Positions 39,283-49,513 of a stretch of DNA of 64,000 bases are shown piece after piece. Source of the DNA: an uncultured Thermoleophilia bacterium (GTDB lineage: Bacteria > Actinomycetota > Thermoleophilia > Gaiellales > Gaiellaceae); contig CAVZMA010000006.1 in assembly GCA_963776305.1 (NCBI GenBank), positions 60,430-124,429 of the forward strand. Direction: 5' to 3'. Under the pieces are notes generated by a model that was given only the letters and a program-made list of their open reading frames with translations, was not told where the DNA came from and searched no databases. The translations under genes and the position numbers were made by a program. Position 1 is the first letter of the stretch, and every line of letters starts with the position of its first letter.

Positions 39283-40010
39283 GATCCGCGGCGGCGGAGC
39301 CAGCGGACGAAGAGCAAGGTGCCGATCACCGTCACGACGAGCTTGACCGCCTTCTTCCCCTGAAGCTTGGACTCACCGCTCGCACGCTCGCGCATGTGGA
39401 CGGCAACCTCCTCGACCCGCAAGCCCTCCGACTTCAGCCGCAGGAGTGCCTCGACCTCGGGCGCGCCGCTCACGTACGGCTCGGCCATCACCGGCATCGC
39501 CTTGGCGTTGACGGCGGCCATGCCGCTCGTCGGATCGTGGAACGGCCGCCCCAGGCGAATGTGCATCGCCTTCTGCAGGAGGCCGATTCCGAAGCGGCGA
39601 CTGGCGGAGGGGCTGTAGCGCTCGTCGTCGTAGTCCGTCTCCGGCCACGAATCTCGAGCCGACGGCGACGTCGCACGCGTCCGCCCGGACGAGCTCGAGC
39701 AGCCGGGCAAGCTCGACGGCTGGGTGTTGGCCGTCGGCGTCGACCCGACCGCAGAATGCGTAGCCGCGTTCTGCGGCCTCGCGATAGCCGGCTGCGATTC
39801 CGGCCCGCAGGCCACGATTCTGGCCGAACGAGACGACGGTGGCACCACCGCCGGCGGCCACCGCTGCGGTCGCGTCGGTCGAGCCGTCGTCGATCACGAG
39901 CACATCGCAGCCGGGCAGGACGGCGGCGAGCTCTGCGAGGACGGCCGGGAGGTTCGCCTCTTCGTTCCAGGCCGGAATGAAGACGACGGTGTCGCGGGCC
40001 GCGCAGCCAT
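39279..40010 (-). CDS. Glycosyltransferase family 2 (DPM-like); frameshifted near 39640 and at the N-terminus
   Basis: VFIPAWNEE, IDDGSTD, RVDADGQH and GSRF; DPTSG and EVAVHMRERASGES in the next frame. Confidence 0.82.
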
Positions 40011-40104
40011 GTGCGGGAGGCGTCGCGCGCACCTCCTCGCCGTCGAGCAGCCGGTGTCGTGTTAGCGTCGCGCCGACAGCCTCCGTCACGAAAGGGGACA
40101 CGCA

Positions 40105-41025
40105 GTGCCGGGAATCGACGCGAAGTCGGCGCGATCTACGACCTCGTCGAAGAGGGCTCGGGTGTCGAGCAGCTCGCGACGGGCTTCACGTTCACCGAGG
40201 GGCCGATCTGGCACCCCGTCGAGCAGGTTCTCTACTTCTCCGACATGCCGGCGGACATCCGCCGGAAGGTGACGCTCGACGGAGCGGTCACCGAGGTTCG
40301 CAACCCGTCGTTCAAGTGCAACGGGATGACACTCGACCAGGATCTCAACCTGCTCGTCTGCGAGCACGTCACGAGCTCGCTCGTTCGCGAGCGGACCGAC
40401 GGCGTTCGGGAGACCCTCGCGTACCACTGGCAGGGCAAGTACCTGAACAGCCCGAACGACGTGACGATCCGCTCCGACGGGACGATCTACTTCTCCGACC
40501 CGTGGTACGGCCGCTTCCCCGGCTTCGGGATCGAGCGTGCCCGCGAGCTCGGGTGGCAGGGCGTCTTCCGTATTCCGCCCGGCGGCGGTCAGGACGAGCT
40601 CGATCTCGCGGTCGCCGAGGACGAGTTCGAGATGCCGAACGGGCTTTGCTTCTCGCCCGACGAGAAGCTGATGTACATCAACGACACCCCGAGTGCCTAC
40701 ATCAAGGTCTACGACGTCAACGACGACGGCACGCTCTCGAACTGGGCGCATGTTCTTCGAGGGCATCGGCACCGGCGTGATCGAGGAGGGCATCCCGGAC
40801 GGGATGAAGGTCGACGAGCTCGGCAACGTCTGGGTGACCGGGCCCGAAGGCGTGTGGGTGATCTCGCCCGAGGGCGAGCACCTGGGCACGATCGAGGTCC
40901 CGGAGAACGTCGGCAACCACTCGTGGGGTGGGCCGGACTGGCACACGCTGTTCATCCCTTCGTCGTCGTCGATCTACACGATCACGACGAAGGTCGGCCC
41001 GCGGCGCGAGCCGTACATGAGATAG
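40105..41025 (+). CDS. SMP-30/gluconolactonase family protein; frameshifts near 40130 and 40745
   Basis: FTEGPIW, NGM, LNSPND, PNGLCFSPDE and PDGMKVDELGNVW; AAAGGGGA RBS before GTG 40105. Confidence 0.85.
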
Positions 41026-41034
41026 GAGGATGCG

Positions 41035-41667
41035 ATGCCCGAACTGACACTCGTCGACGAGCTCTCGCTCGATCCCGGCCGCGCTGCCCTGATCATCCAG
41101 GACATGCAGAACGACGTGATCATCGAGGGCGGCGCTTTCGCTGAATCGGGCTCGCCCGGGCACGCGGCGGAGCAGAACGTCGTCGCCAACGTCGCCGACC
41201 TGGCCGCAGCATGCCGCGCGAAGGGCATCCCGGTGATCCACGTCCACTACATCGTCGAGCGAGGAGCGCCCGGCCTGAAGCTCAACGCCCCGCTCTTCAA
41301 CGGCGTCAAGGACACGGGCGCGCTCGTTCGCGGCACGTGGGGTGCGGCCGCGGCCGACGGCCTCGAACCGCAGGACGGCGACTACGTCGTCGAGAAGATG
41401 CGGATGAGCGGCTGGCAGGGCACGAGGCTCCAGAACCTGCTCGACGGCCTCGGCCGCGACACGGTGATCGTCACGGGCGCGTGGACGAACATGTCGATCG
41501 AGCACACGTCCCGCACGGGCGCCGACATGGGCTTCTCGATGGTCGTCCCCGAGGACGGGTGCTCGACGATGAACGCCGACTGGCACCAGGCGTCGATCAA
41601 CTACGCGCTCCAGAACGTCTCCCAGGTGACCAACTGTGCGGCGGTGAAGGCTGCGATAGGTGCGTAG
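41035..41667 (+). CDS. Isochorismatase-like (cysteine hydrolase family) protein with Ser at the catalytic Cys position
   Basis: IIQDMQND, GTWGA, VVEKMR and GAWTNMSIEHT. Confidence 0.88.
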   Translation: MPELTLVDELSLDPGRAALIIQDMQNDVIIEGGAFAESGSPGHAAEQNVVANVADLAAACRAKGIPVIHVHYIVERGAPGLKLNAPLFNGVKDTGALVRGTWGAAAADGLEPQDGDYVVEKMRMSGWQGTRLQNLLDGLGRDTVIVTGAWTNMSIEHTSRTGADMGFSMVVPEDGCSTMNADWHQASINYALQNVSQVTNCAAVKAAIGA

Positions 41668-41673
41668 AAGCTC

Positions 41674-42768
41674 GTGAAGACCCGGGCGGGGCTCTTCCGG
41701 GCAGTCGGGGAGCCGCTCGAGGTCGTCGAGCTCGATCTGGCGGAGCCCGGCCCGGACGACGTCGTCGTGCGCATGGCGGCGGTGGGAATCTGCGGCACCG
41801 ACCTCCACCAGGTGAAGGGGGAGTGGCAGCGGCCGACACCGATGGTGCTCGGCCATGAAGGCGCGGGCATCGTGGAGTACGCGGGTGATGCCGTGACCTC
41901 GGTCGCCCCGGGCGACGAGGTCGTGCTCTCCTGGGCGCCCTCCTGTCGCCACTGTGCGGACTGCGCCCGCGGCCGGCCGGCCGCCTGCGTACCGCTCCAT
42001 CGCGCGATCGGCAACGGCACCCTGGTCGACGGCACGACGGGGATGTCACTCCACGGCGAGACGGTCTACCGGGGGACCGCCACCGGTGCGTGGGCCGAAA
42101 CGGTCGTCGTGACCTCGCACGTCGCCCTGCCGACCGGTGGCGCCGTGCCGCTCCGGGATGCGGCGCTCCTCGGCTGCGCGGCGCTCACGGGCGTCGGTGC
42201 GGTCCTGTTCGCGGCGCGGGCGCAGCCGGGCGGGGTCGCGCTTGTGATCGGGGCGGGCGGCGTGGGCCAGTTCGTCGTCCAGGGTGCGCGGATCGCGGGT
42301 GCCGAAGCGATCGTCGTCGCCGACCCGGTCGAGGAACGGCGCACACAGGCGTTGCGTCTCGGTGCCACGCACGCGGTGCATCCGGACGACCTGAAGGAGG
42401 CTCTGGCGGCCGTCGCGCCGGAGGGCGCCGACTACGGATTCGACGCCGTGGGCTTTCCCGAGACGAGTGCGACGGCGCTGCGGTTCACCCGCAGCGGTGG
42501 CACCACGGTGATGGTGGGGCTGCCGCCGACCGGGCTCCGGCTCGACCTCGACCCGGGCGAGTTTCTGCGTCGGGAGAAGTTCCTCACCGGGACGATGTAC
42601 GGCTCGGAGGATCCTGCTGTCGCGCTGCCGATCCTGCTCGAGCACGTCGCGTCGGGCCGGCTGGAGCTCGCACCGCTGCTGGGAGAGGTCTTCTCGCTCG
42701 ACGCGATCGACGATGCGGTCTCGGCGGCTCTCGCTCTGCCGGCGGGACGCGTGCTCGTCGAGCCGTAG
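41674..42768 (+). CDS. Zn-dependent alcohol dehydrogenase (class III-like)
   Basis: ICGTD, GHEGAG, CRHCADC..C, LLGCA and GAGGVG. Confidence 0.92.
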   Translation: MKTRAGLFRAVGEPLEVVELDLAEPGPDDVVVRMAAVGICGTDLHQVKGEWQRPTPMVLGHEGAGIVEYAGDAVTSVAPGDEVVLSWAPSCRHCADCARGRPAACVPLHRAIGNGTLVDGTTGMSLHGETVYRGTATGAWAETVVVTSHVALPTGGAVPLRDAALLGCAALTGVGAVLFAARAQPGGVALVIGAGGVGQFVVQGARIAGAEAIVVADPVEERRTQALRLGATHAVHPDDLKEALAAVAPEGADYGFDAVGFPETSATALRFTRSGGTTVMVGLPPTGLRLDLDPGEFLRREKFLTGTMYGSEDPAVALPILLEHVASGRLELAPLLGEVFSLDAIDDAVSAALALPAGRVLVEP

Positions 42769-42812
42769 TACGGCGCGCCTCGCTTCCACGAGAGAGCTCC
42801 GTTCCCGCACGC

Positions 42813-42836
42813 GGGCGAGGCGCGCCTCGCCCCTAC
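42813..42836 (-). repeat. GTAG-type REP palindrome
   Basis: Reverse complement GTAGGGGCGAGGCGCGCCTCGCCC; its TAG is the stop codon of the DUF2017 gene. Confidence 0.7.
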
Positions 42837-43300
42837 GGAAGACCTGCGGCGAGAGCCGAGACGGCCTCTTCCTGCAGCCAGCTGAGGTAGGCATAGAGCG
42901 CCAGTGCGGGCGCCGTCGGATCGCGTGGATCGACGGCCCGCGCTGAGGTCTCCTCCGTGACGTCGAGCTGGGTGCCGAGAACGAGGCGCAGGGTCTCGAG
43001 CGCATTCAGCCAGGCGTCGAGCTCGGCGTCGTCGAGGTGGGTCGCATCGGCGGTTCGCTCGACGACGGCGAGAGCGGCGAGTTTCTCGTCCAACAGGCTC
43101 TCTCGGACCATGGTCCCGTATTCCTCGTCCGCCTCCGTGTCGTCGTACGCGGGCGGAAATAGCCGTCGCAGGCTCGGATCGTCCGTCCCGAGAAGCTCGC
43201 GCAGTTGTTGCGGAAGCTCGCGGAGGATCTCGCGTTCCTCCTCGGGCAGCGCCAGCCGGTAGCCACCGCGCCGATCCGCCTTGATCCGCCGGCCGTCCAT
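42833..43300 (-). CDS. DUF2017 family protein
   Basis: DPSLRRLFPPAY, AWLNALETLRLVLGT.L and YAYLSWLQE; typical position after clpS. Confidence 0.85.
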   Translation of the reverse strand: MDGRRIKADRRGGYRLALPEEEREILRELPQQLRELLGTDDPSLRRLFPPAYDDTEADEEYGTMVRESLLDEKLAALAVVERTADATHLDDAELDAWLNALETLRLVLGTQLDVTEETSARAVDPRDPTAPALALYAYLSWLQEEAVSALAAGLP

Positions 43301-43596
43301 CAGTCCTGCCGCAGTGTGGCCCAGAGACCATGGGCGTGAAGACGCGCGACGTCGTGCTCCGACTTCTCGCGGGTTCCCGAGGAGACGATCGCCTTTCCTT
43401 CCTCGTGCACCTGGAGCATGAGCTTCGTCGCCTTCGCCTCCGAGTAGCCGAAGAGCTTTCGGAGGACGAACGTGACGTAGGACATGAGGTTGATCGGGTC
43501 GTTCCACACGACGACGATCCACGGACCGTCGTTCTGTCTCTGCTCGTCACCGTCAGGCAGGCGCACCTCGGCAGGCGCCTGGATCGTCTGGCTCAT
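43300..43596 (-). CDS. clpS: ATP-dependent Clp protease adaptor ClpS
   Basis: [39 protein letters not shown]. Confidence 0.93.
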   Translation of the reverse strand: MSQTIQAPAEVRLPDGDEQRQNDGPWIVVVWNDPINLMSYVTFVLRKLFGYSEAKATKLMLQVHEEGKAIVSSGTREKSEHDVARLHAHGLWATLRQD

Positions 43597-43612
43597 CTCG
43601 GCCTCTGGGTCG

Positions 43613-46277
43613 TCACTCGTCCGCGCCGTCGTCGGGCTGGCGGAGGCCGTACGCGCGGAGTCTCGCAATGAGCTCGGCATTCGGTCGGTCCTCGTCGAGG
43701 CTCTCGTCTCCGGGCTCGGCCACCGTCTCGCCGGGCGCCGGGGGTTTCCGCTGTCGCTCGGCCTCGCGCCGCTCCTTTTCCGCGGCCTTTCGCCGGCGCT
43801 CCTCCTCCTTGCGACGCTCCTCCTCAGCGGCCTTCTGTCGCGCCTCCTCCGCGCGCTGCGTTTCTGCCGCCGCGCGTGCCTCACGCTGGCGCGCCTCCGC
43901 CTCCCGGCGCTCGAGCTCCTGGGCCGCCTTTTCCTCTTCGCGCCGCTGCTTCTCCTCTTCCTTGCGGCGCTGCTCGGCCTGCCTGGCCCGCTCGGCGGCG
44001 GCCTTCTGCTCTTCGGCCTCCTCCCGTTTGCGCCGCTCTGCGGCCGCCCGCTCCTCTTCCTGCTGCTTGCGCTCTGCGTCCTTGCGCGCTCGTTCTTCCT
44101 CCTTGCGGCGGCGCTCCTCGTCCTTTCGGGCGCGTTCCTCCTCCTTGCGGATGCGTTGCTGCTCCTTGCGCGCGGCGCGCCCCGAGAGGGCCGGAGCCGC
44201 TGACGGCGCGGCGTCCACCGTCTCCGCCGCTGCGGCTGCAGCGACAGCGGCAGCTCGAGCATCTGCCTCCTCCTGCTCACGGCGGCCACGCTCTTCGGCG
44301 AGCGCGGCTTCGGCGTCGCGTCGTTCCTGTTCGCGTTGCTCGCGCTCGCGCTGCGCTGCTTCGGCCTCGAGGCGTGCTGCTTCTGCGGCTTCGGCTTCGA
44401 GTCGCGCTCGTTCGGCTGCCTCGGCCTCGGCTTGCCGGCGGGCCTGCTCTTCGATCAGCGCGGCTTCGGCGTCGCGTCGCGTTCCTGTTCGCGTCGCTCG
44501 CGCTCGCGCTGCGCTGCTTCGGCCTCGAGGCGTGCTGCCTCTGCGGCTTCGGCTTCGAGTCGCGCCCGTTCGGCTGCCTCGGCCTCTGCTTCGCGACGGG
44601 CCCGCTCTTCGATCAGCGCGGCTTCGGCGTCCCGTCGTTCCTGCTCGCGCCGCTCGCTGCTCGCGCTGCGCCGCCTCGGCTTCCAGGCGTGCCCGCTCCG
44701 CGGCCGCGGCCCGGCCTTCGGCTTCGACCGCGCGTCGCTCGTTCTCCCGACGTATCTCGTCGGCGACGAGCGCTTCTGCCGTGCGGCGCTCCAGGTCGGC
44801 ACGCCGCTCGGCGCGCGCGGCCGCCTCCGCCTCCGCTCGCTTCGCGTCGGCAGCCGCACGCTTCTTCTTGCGGCCGACCGCGTCGTCGAGTCGTGCGGTC
44901 TCACCCACCGTGGTGTCGTCCACGCGCGCGTTCTCGAGCGCAAGGATCTCGGCCTCCCGTGCTTCGGCAGCGCGGGCGCGATCGGCGGCGACTTCCCGGA
45001 GCGGAGCTCCCCGGCCCGTGAACCACACGTAGCCGTCGGCGTCTCGGGTTGCCCGGTCGCCGGTCAGGTACCAGTCTCCGCGGAACACGTCCGCCGTCTC
45101 GGCCGTGCCCTCGACGTACCCGACGAACAAGGTCGGTGGTCGTCCTCGCAATGCGAGGTCACCCTCGGCGTCTGCCGGAAGCTCGGTTCCCTCGTCGTCG
45201 ACCACTGCGATCTCGTGGCCCGGGAGAGGGAGCCCCATCGAACCAGGCTTGACCGCAGTTCCCGCGAGCGTTTGCCACGAGGAGCGCGTTCTCGGCCTGG
45301 CCGTAGCCGTCGTGGATCGTGACGTCGAAGACCTTGCGGAACGCCGTGATCGTCTCCAGCTCGAGGCGTTCGCCCGACGACACGGCGTGACGCAGCCTGC
45401 CGAGATCGAAGCGGGAGATCCACGGAGCCTCCGTCAACAGGCGATATTCGGTAGGGCTCTGACACAGCACGGTGACGCCGAGCCGTTGCAGGAGGTCGAA
45501 GCGCTGTTCGGCGTCGAACCCGGCGTCGTGGAGCACCGACTCGGCCCCGCGCGACCACGGGTAGAAGAGAATGCTCCAGATCGACAGCGCCCAACTGGTC
45601 CCTACCGTGCACCACACGAGATCGCCCGTTCGGGCGTCGAGCCAGTGCTCCGCAGGGACACGGGCGGCCCACGTGGATGCGTGCGTCAGGATCGTTCCTT
45701 TCGGCGCCCCCGTCGTGCCGGAGGTGTAGAGGATGAGCGCGTCGTCCTCCGCGGCGGTGTCGTGGGTCGGCTGGATGGGTGGGATCTCGCGCAGCTCGGG
45801 CTCGACCTCGTCGACCACGACGATGGTGAGCGGCGCGTCGGGCTGCCAGACCTCAGCGGCGCGGTCTGCCTCGACAACGGCCACCCGTGCCCCGGCATCT
45901 CGCGCTCGGCGGTGGATCTCGGCAATGTCGAGCGAGGCCGGGCAGGGGATCGCCACGAGGCCGGCCTTGAGCGCGCCGAGCATGACCCCGTGCCAGGTGC
46001 GGTTGAGCCCGACGACGACGAGCACGCGGTCTCCCGGCTCGAGGCCTCGCGACCGCAGCAGCCCCGCCCAGCGGCCCGCATCGATCGCGACGTCCGCGAA
46101 GGTGCGACGGTCGATGACGCCGTCGCGATCGACGAAGGTCAGCGCCGGCCGGAGCGGGTCGGCGGCGTAGGCCTCGACCACGTCGCGCGAGAAGTTGTAT
46201 CGCGCCGGAACCTGCCAGAAGCTCTGCTCCTCCGGCTGGTCCTCGGTTACGTGCTTACGGCGGAGAAACCTTCCCAT
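43613..46277 (-). CDS. Acyl-CoA synthetase N-terminal (AMP-binding) domain fused to a long E/R/A/K-rich helical tail; frameshifts near 45265, 44655 and 44480
   Basis: [15 protein letters not shown] and [17 protein letters not shown], then in frame about 460 aa of charged repeats. Confidence 0.75.
44290..44700. repeat. Intragenic tandem repeat, about 156-bp (52-aa) unit, about 2.5 copies
   Basis: CGCGGCTTCGGCGTC(G/C)CGTCG recurs at 44303, 44459 and 44617. Confidence 0.85.
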
Positions 46278-46608
46278 CGCTCCCGATAGTCCTCCCTCAC
46301 CGGACAGAAGATGTCGATCACGGTCGCGCCCTCGGGACCACAGTAGGCGGAATGCTCGACGTGACCGGGGAGGACGTATCCCTCCATCGGCCCGAGCTCC
46401 CTGGCAACGCCGTCGATCACCAGGGCCTGCATCCCGCGCAGGACGATGCCGAGCTGCTCGTGCGGATGGCTGTGGAGCGCGACGGTGGCGCCGGCTTCGA
46501 ACTCGATCAGGTTGAGCATGGCGCCCGATCCGAACAGAGGTCGTCCCTCACGCCCTCGGTGAGGGCGAACGCCGCGACGTCGTCGAACCGGACGAATTGC
46601 GCTGCCAT
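46247..46608 (-). CDS. Cupin domain protein; frameshift near 46550
   Basis: HSHPHEQLG...GHVEHSA...DIFCPVREDY. Confidence 0.82.
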
Positions 46609-46723
46609 GGACATCAGTATCTCATCGTCGCCGGAGGTCTCGGAAACGCATGCTTCGGACGGGGGAATCCGCGCCGTCGACAGCCGATCGGGCCAGAGCG
46701 CTGCTGTCGCTATCGTCCTGGCG

Positions 46724-48193
46724 ATGACTGCGATCGAGGCCGACCTCCTCCGCGACCAGGCCTATGTCGACGGTGCCTGGGTCGACGCCGACTCCGGCGC
46801 GACGTTCCCGGTCGTCGATCCGGCGACGGGCGCGACGATCGCGAACGTCCCGCGCATGGGTGCTGCCGAGACGCGGCGCGCGATCGAGGCGGCGCAGCGA
46901 GGCGCTTCCCGCCTGGAAGCATGCGACGGCGAAGGACCGAGCGCGCGTCCTGCGCCGGCTCGCCGACCTGATGATGGAGCGCAGCGACGACCTCGCCGCG
47001 CTGCTCGTCCGCGAGCAGGGCAAGCCGCTCGTTCGAGGCGAAGGTCGAGATCGCCTACGCCGCCTCGTTCTACGAGTGGTTCGCCGAGGAGGCGAAGCGG
47101 CTCGACGGGCGCGTGATCCCGCAGCCGCTCCCCGACCGCCGCATCGTCGTGCTGCGCGAGGCGATCGGGGTCACCGCCGGGATCACGCCGTGGAACTTCC
47201 CGTCCGCGATGCCGACGCGCAAGTCGGCGCCGGCCCTCGCCGTCGGATGCACGATGGTGCTGAAGCCGGCCGAGCAGACACCACTCACCGCGCTCGCGAT
47301 CGCGGCGCTGGCCGAGGAGGCCGGTATTCCCGCCGGCGTGTTCTCGGTCGTCACCGGCGATGCCGCCGACGCTCCTGCGATCGGTGGCGAGATGACCTCC
47401 AGCCCGATCGTCCGCAAGCTCGGCTTCACCGGCTCGACGGAGGTCGGGAAGCTGCTGATGGCGCAATGCGCGGGCCAGGTGAAGAAGGTGTCGCTCGAGC
47501 TCGGCGGCAACGCGCCGTTCATCGTCTTCGACGATGCCGAACCTCGAGGACGCGGTCGCGGGTGCGCTGGTGTGCAAGTTCAGGAACTCCGGGCAGACCT
47601 GCATTTCTGCCAACCGCTTCCTCGTCCAGGACGGGATCTACGACGACTTCGTCGAGGCGTTCACCGAGGCTGTCGCCGCCCTGAAGGTCGCTGACGGTTT
47701 CGCCGACGGGCGTGCAGGTCGGGCCGCTGATCGACGAGCCCGCCGTCGCCAAGGTCGAGAGACATGTGGCCGACGCCCTGTCCCAGGGCGCCGAGTTGCG
47801 CCTCGGTGGGGCGCGGATCGAGGGGCAGTTCTTCGAGCCATCCGTGCTCACCGGTGTCACGATGGACATGGCGATGAGCTGTGAGGAGACGTTCGGCCCG
47901 TGGCCGGGATCAACCGGTTCGCAACGGAGGCGGAGGCCGTCGCGATCGCGAACGACACGCCGTACGGCCTCTCGGCCTACTTCTACACGAACGATCTCGG
48001 CCGGACCTGGCGGGTCGCCGAAGGGCTCGAGTACGGGATCGTCGGGATCAACACCGGGTTCGTCTCCTCGGAGGTGGCACCGTTCGGCGGCATGAAGGAA
48101 TCGGGCATCGGTCGCGAGGGATCGAGCTACGGTGTCGACGACTGGGTGGAGCTGAAATATCTCGCCGTGGGCGGAATCGGGGAGGCGGTCTAG
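46724..48193 (+). CDS. gabD: NAD(P)-dependent succinate-semialdehyde dehydrogenase; several frameshifts
   Basis: [47 protein letters not shown] and [15 protein letters not shown] across frames. Confidence 0.85.
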
Positions 48194-48510
48194 TGGTCAT
48201 CGTCGAGCAGCGCGACTATCACGTCTACACCGGGAGACTCCCCGAGCTCGTTCGCCTGTACGAGGAGGAGGGGATCCCGATCCAGGCCGAGGCCCTGGGA
48301 GGGTTCGTGGGGGCGTTCGTGACGGAGATCGGGGCCGTCTCGACCTACACGAGCATGTGGCGCTACGACAGCTTCGCCCAGCGCGAGGAACGGCGGGCCG
48401 CCCTGCTCGCGCGCGACGACTGGAAGTCCTTCATGACGAAGATCCAGCCGCTGATCCACACGCAGCAGAACCGGATCCTGACGCCGACGTCGTTCTCGCC
48501 GCTCCAGTAG
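48193..48510 (+). CDS. NIPSNAP family protein
   Basis: EQRDY..GAFVTEIG..WRYDSFAQREERRAAL..ILTPTSFSPL. Confidence 0.88.
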   Translation: MVIVEQRDYHVYTGRLPELVRLYEEEGIPIQAEALGGFVGAFVTEIGAVSTYTSMWRYDSFAQREERRAALLARDDWKSFMTKIQPLIHTQQNRILTPTSFSPLQ

Positions 48511-48556
48511 GGGCCGGGCGTGCCGGCCCGCCAACAGAGCGCTAGGAGGAGCAGAG

Positions 48557-49303
48557 ATGGGAGAGCTCGACGGCAAGGTCGCGATCGTCACCGGTGGCTC
48601 GCAGGGGATCGGCAACGCGATCGCCCACGGGCTGGCTGCCGAGGGTGCCCGCATCGTGATCGCCGACCTGCAGGGCGCCGAGGCGGCAGCCGACGCGTTT
48701 CACGACGGTGTCGGGCTAACCGTCGACGTCGCGGACGAGGCGGCAGTCCAGTCCCTTGCCGACGAGGCGGTGGCGCGCTGCGGATCGATCGACGTCCTCG
48801 TCAACAACGCCGGTCTCTACGCGTCGCTCGCGATGCGACCGTTCACCGAGATCCCACTCGCCGAATGGCGGCAGGTGATGGACGTGAACGTCGCATCCAT
48901 GTTCCTGACGTGCCGCGCGATCGTCCCGGTCATGCAGCGGAACGGCGGCGGCCGGATCGTGAACATCTCCTCCGGGACGCCGTTTCGCGGTGTCCCGTTC
49001 CTGCTCCACTACGTCACGAGCAAGGGCGCCATCGTCGCGTTCACGCGTGCGCTCGCAAAGGAGGTCGGCAAGGACGGCGTGCTCGTGAACTGCGTGGCGC
49101 CGGGATTCACGATGTCGGCCGGCGTCGAGGCGCACCCCGAGGTGATCGAGAAGCTGCGTGACGTCTCGGTCGCCGCGAGGACACTGCAGCGCGACCAGGT
49201 GCCGGAGGACGTGGTCGGGGCGGTCGTCTACTTCGCGAGCGCCGGGTCGTCGTTCGTGACGGGCCAGACGATCGTCATCGACGGCGGCCAAACGTTCCAC
49301 TGA
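48557..49303 (+). CDS. SDR oxidoreductase
   Basis: TGGSQGIG, NNAG, HYVTSKG and VTGQTIVIDGG. Confidence 0.92.
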   Translation: MGELDGKVAIVTGGSQGIGNAIAHGLAAEGARIVIADLQGAEAAADAFHDGVGLTVDVADEAAVQSLADEAVARCGSIDVLVNNAGLYASLAMRPFTEIPLAEWRQVMDVNVASMFLTCRAIVPVMQRNGGGRIVNISSGTPFRGVPFLLHYVTSKGAIVAFTRALAKEVGKDGVLVNCVAPGFTMSAGVEAHPEVIEKLRDVSVAARTLQRDQVPEDVVGAVVYFASAGSSFVTGQTIVIDGGQTFH

Positions 49304-49446
49304 GCCGGGAAACCTGCGATGGAAGAGCGTATCGCAGCTTTCCCGGCTCAGTGGAACGTCATGCTTGCTGCCGCGCTCCGCGCGGATCCTGAAGCCGGGA
49401 ACCGTTCCCTACGGATTCCCTTCGGGTCCACCGCGTCCCCTTCTAG
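49292..49446. repeat. Dispersed structured element, copy B: 29-bp hairpin with GGAAGAGCGT loop plus 43-nt core
   Basis: Arms 49292-49320 and 49331-49359 (one mismatch) include the last codons and stop of the SDR gene; core at 49361-49403. Confidence 0.85.
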
Positions 49447-49513
49447 GTCCGTGCTTCCCTTCAGGTCCTGCTTCCCCTTCAGGTCCGCGATTCCGCGGTC
49501 CGGGTCGCGGGGC

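Noticed and set aside
44290-44700. CRISPR array
   Set aside because: The repeats are contiguous, codon-phased and coding, with no unique spacers and no cas genes.
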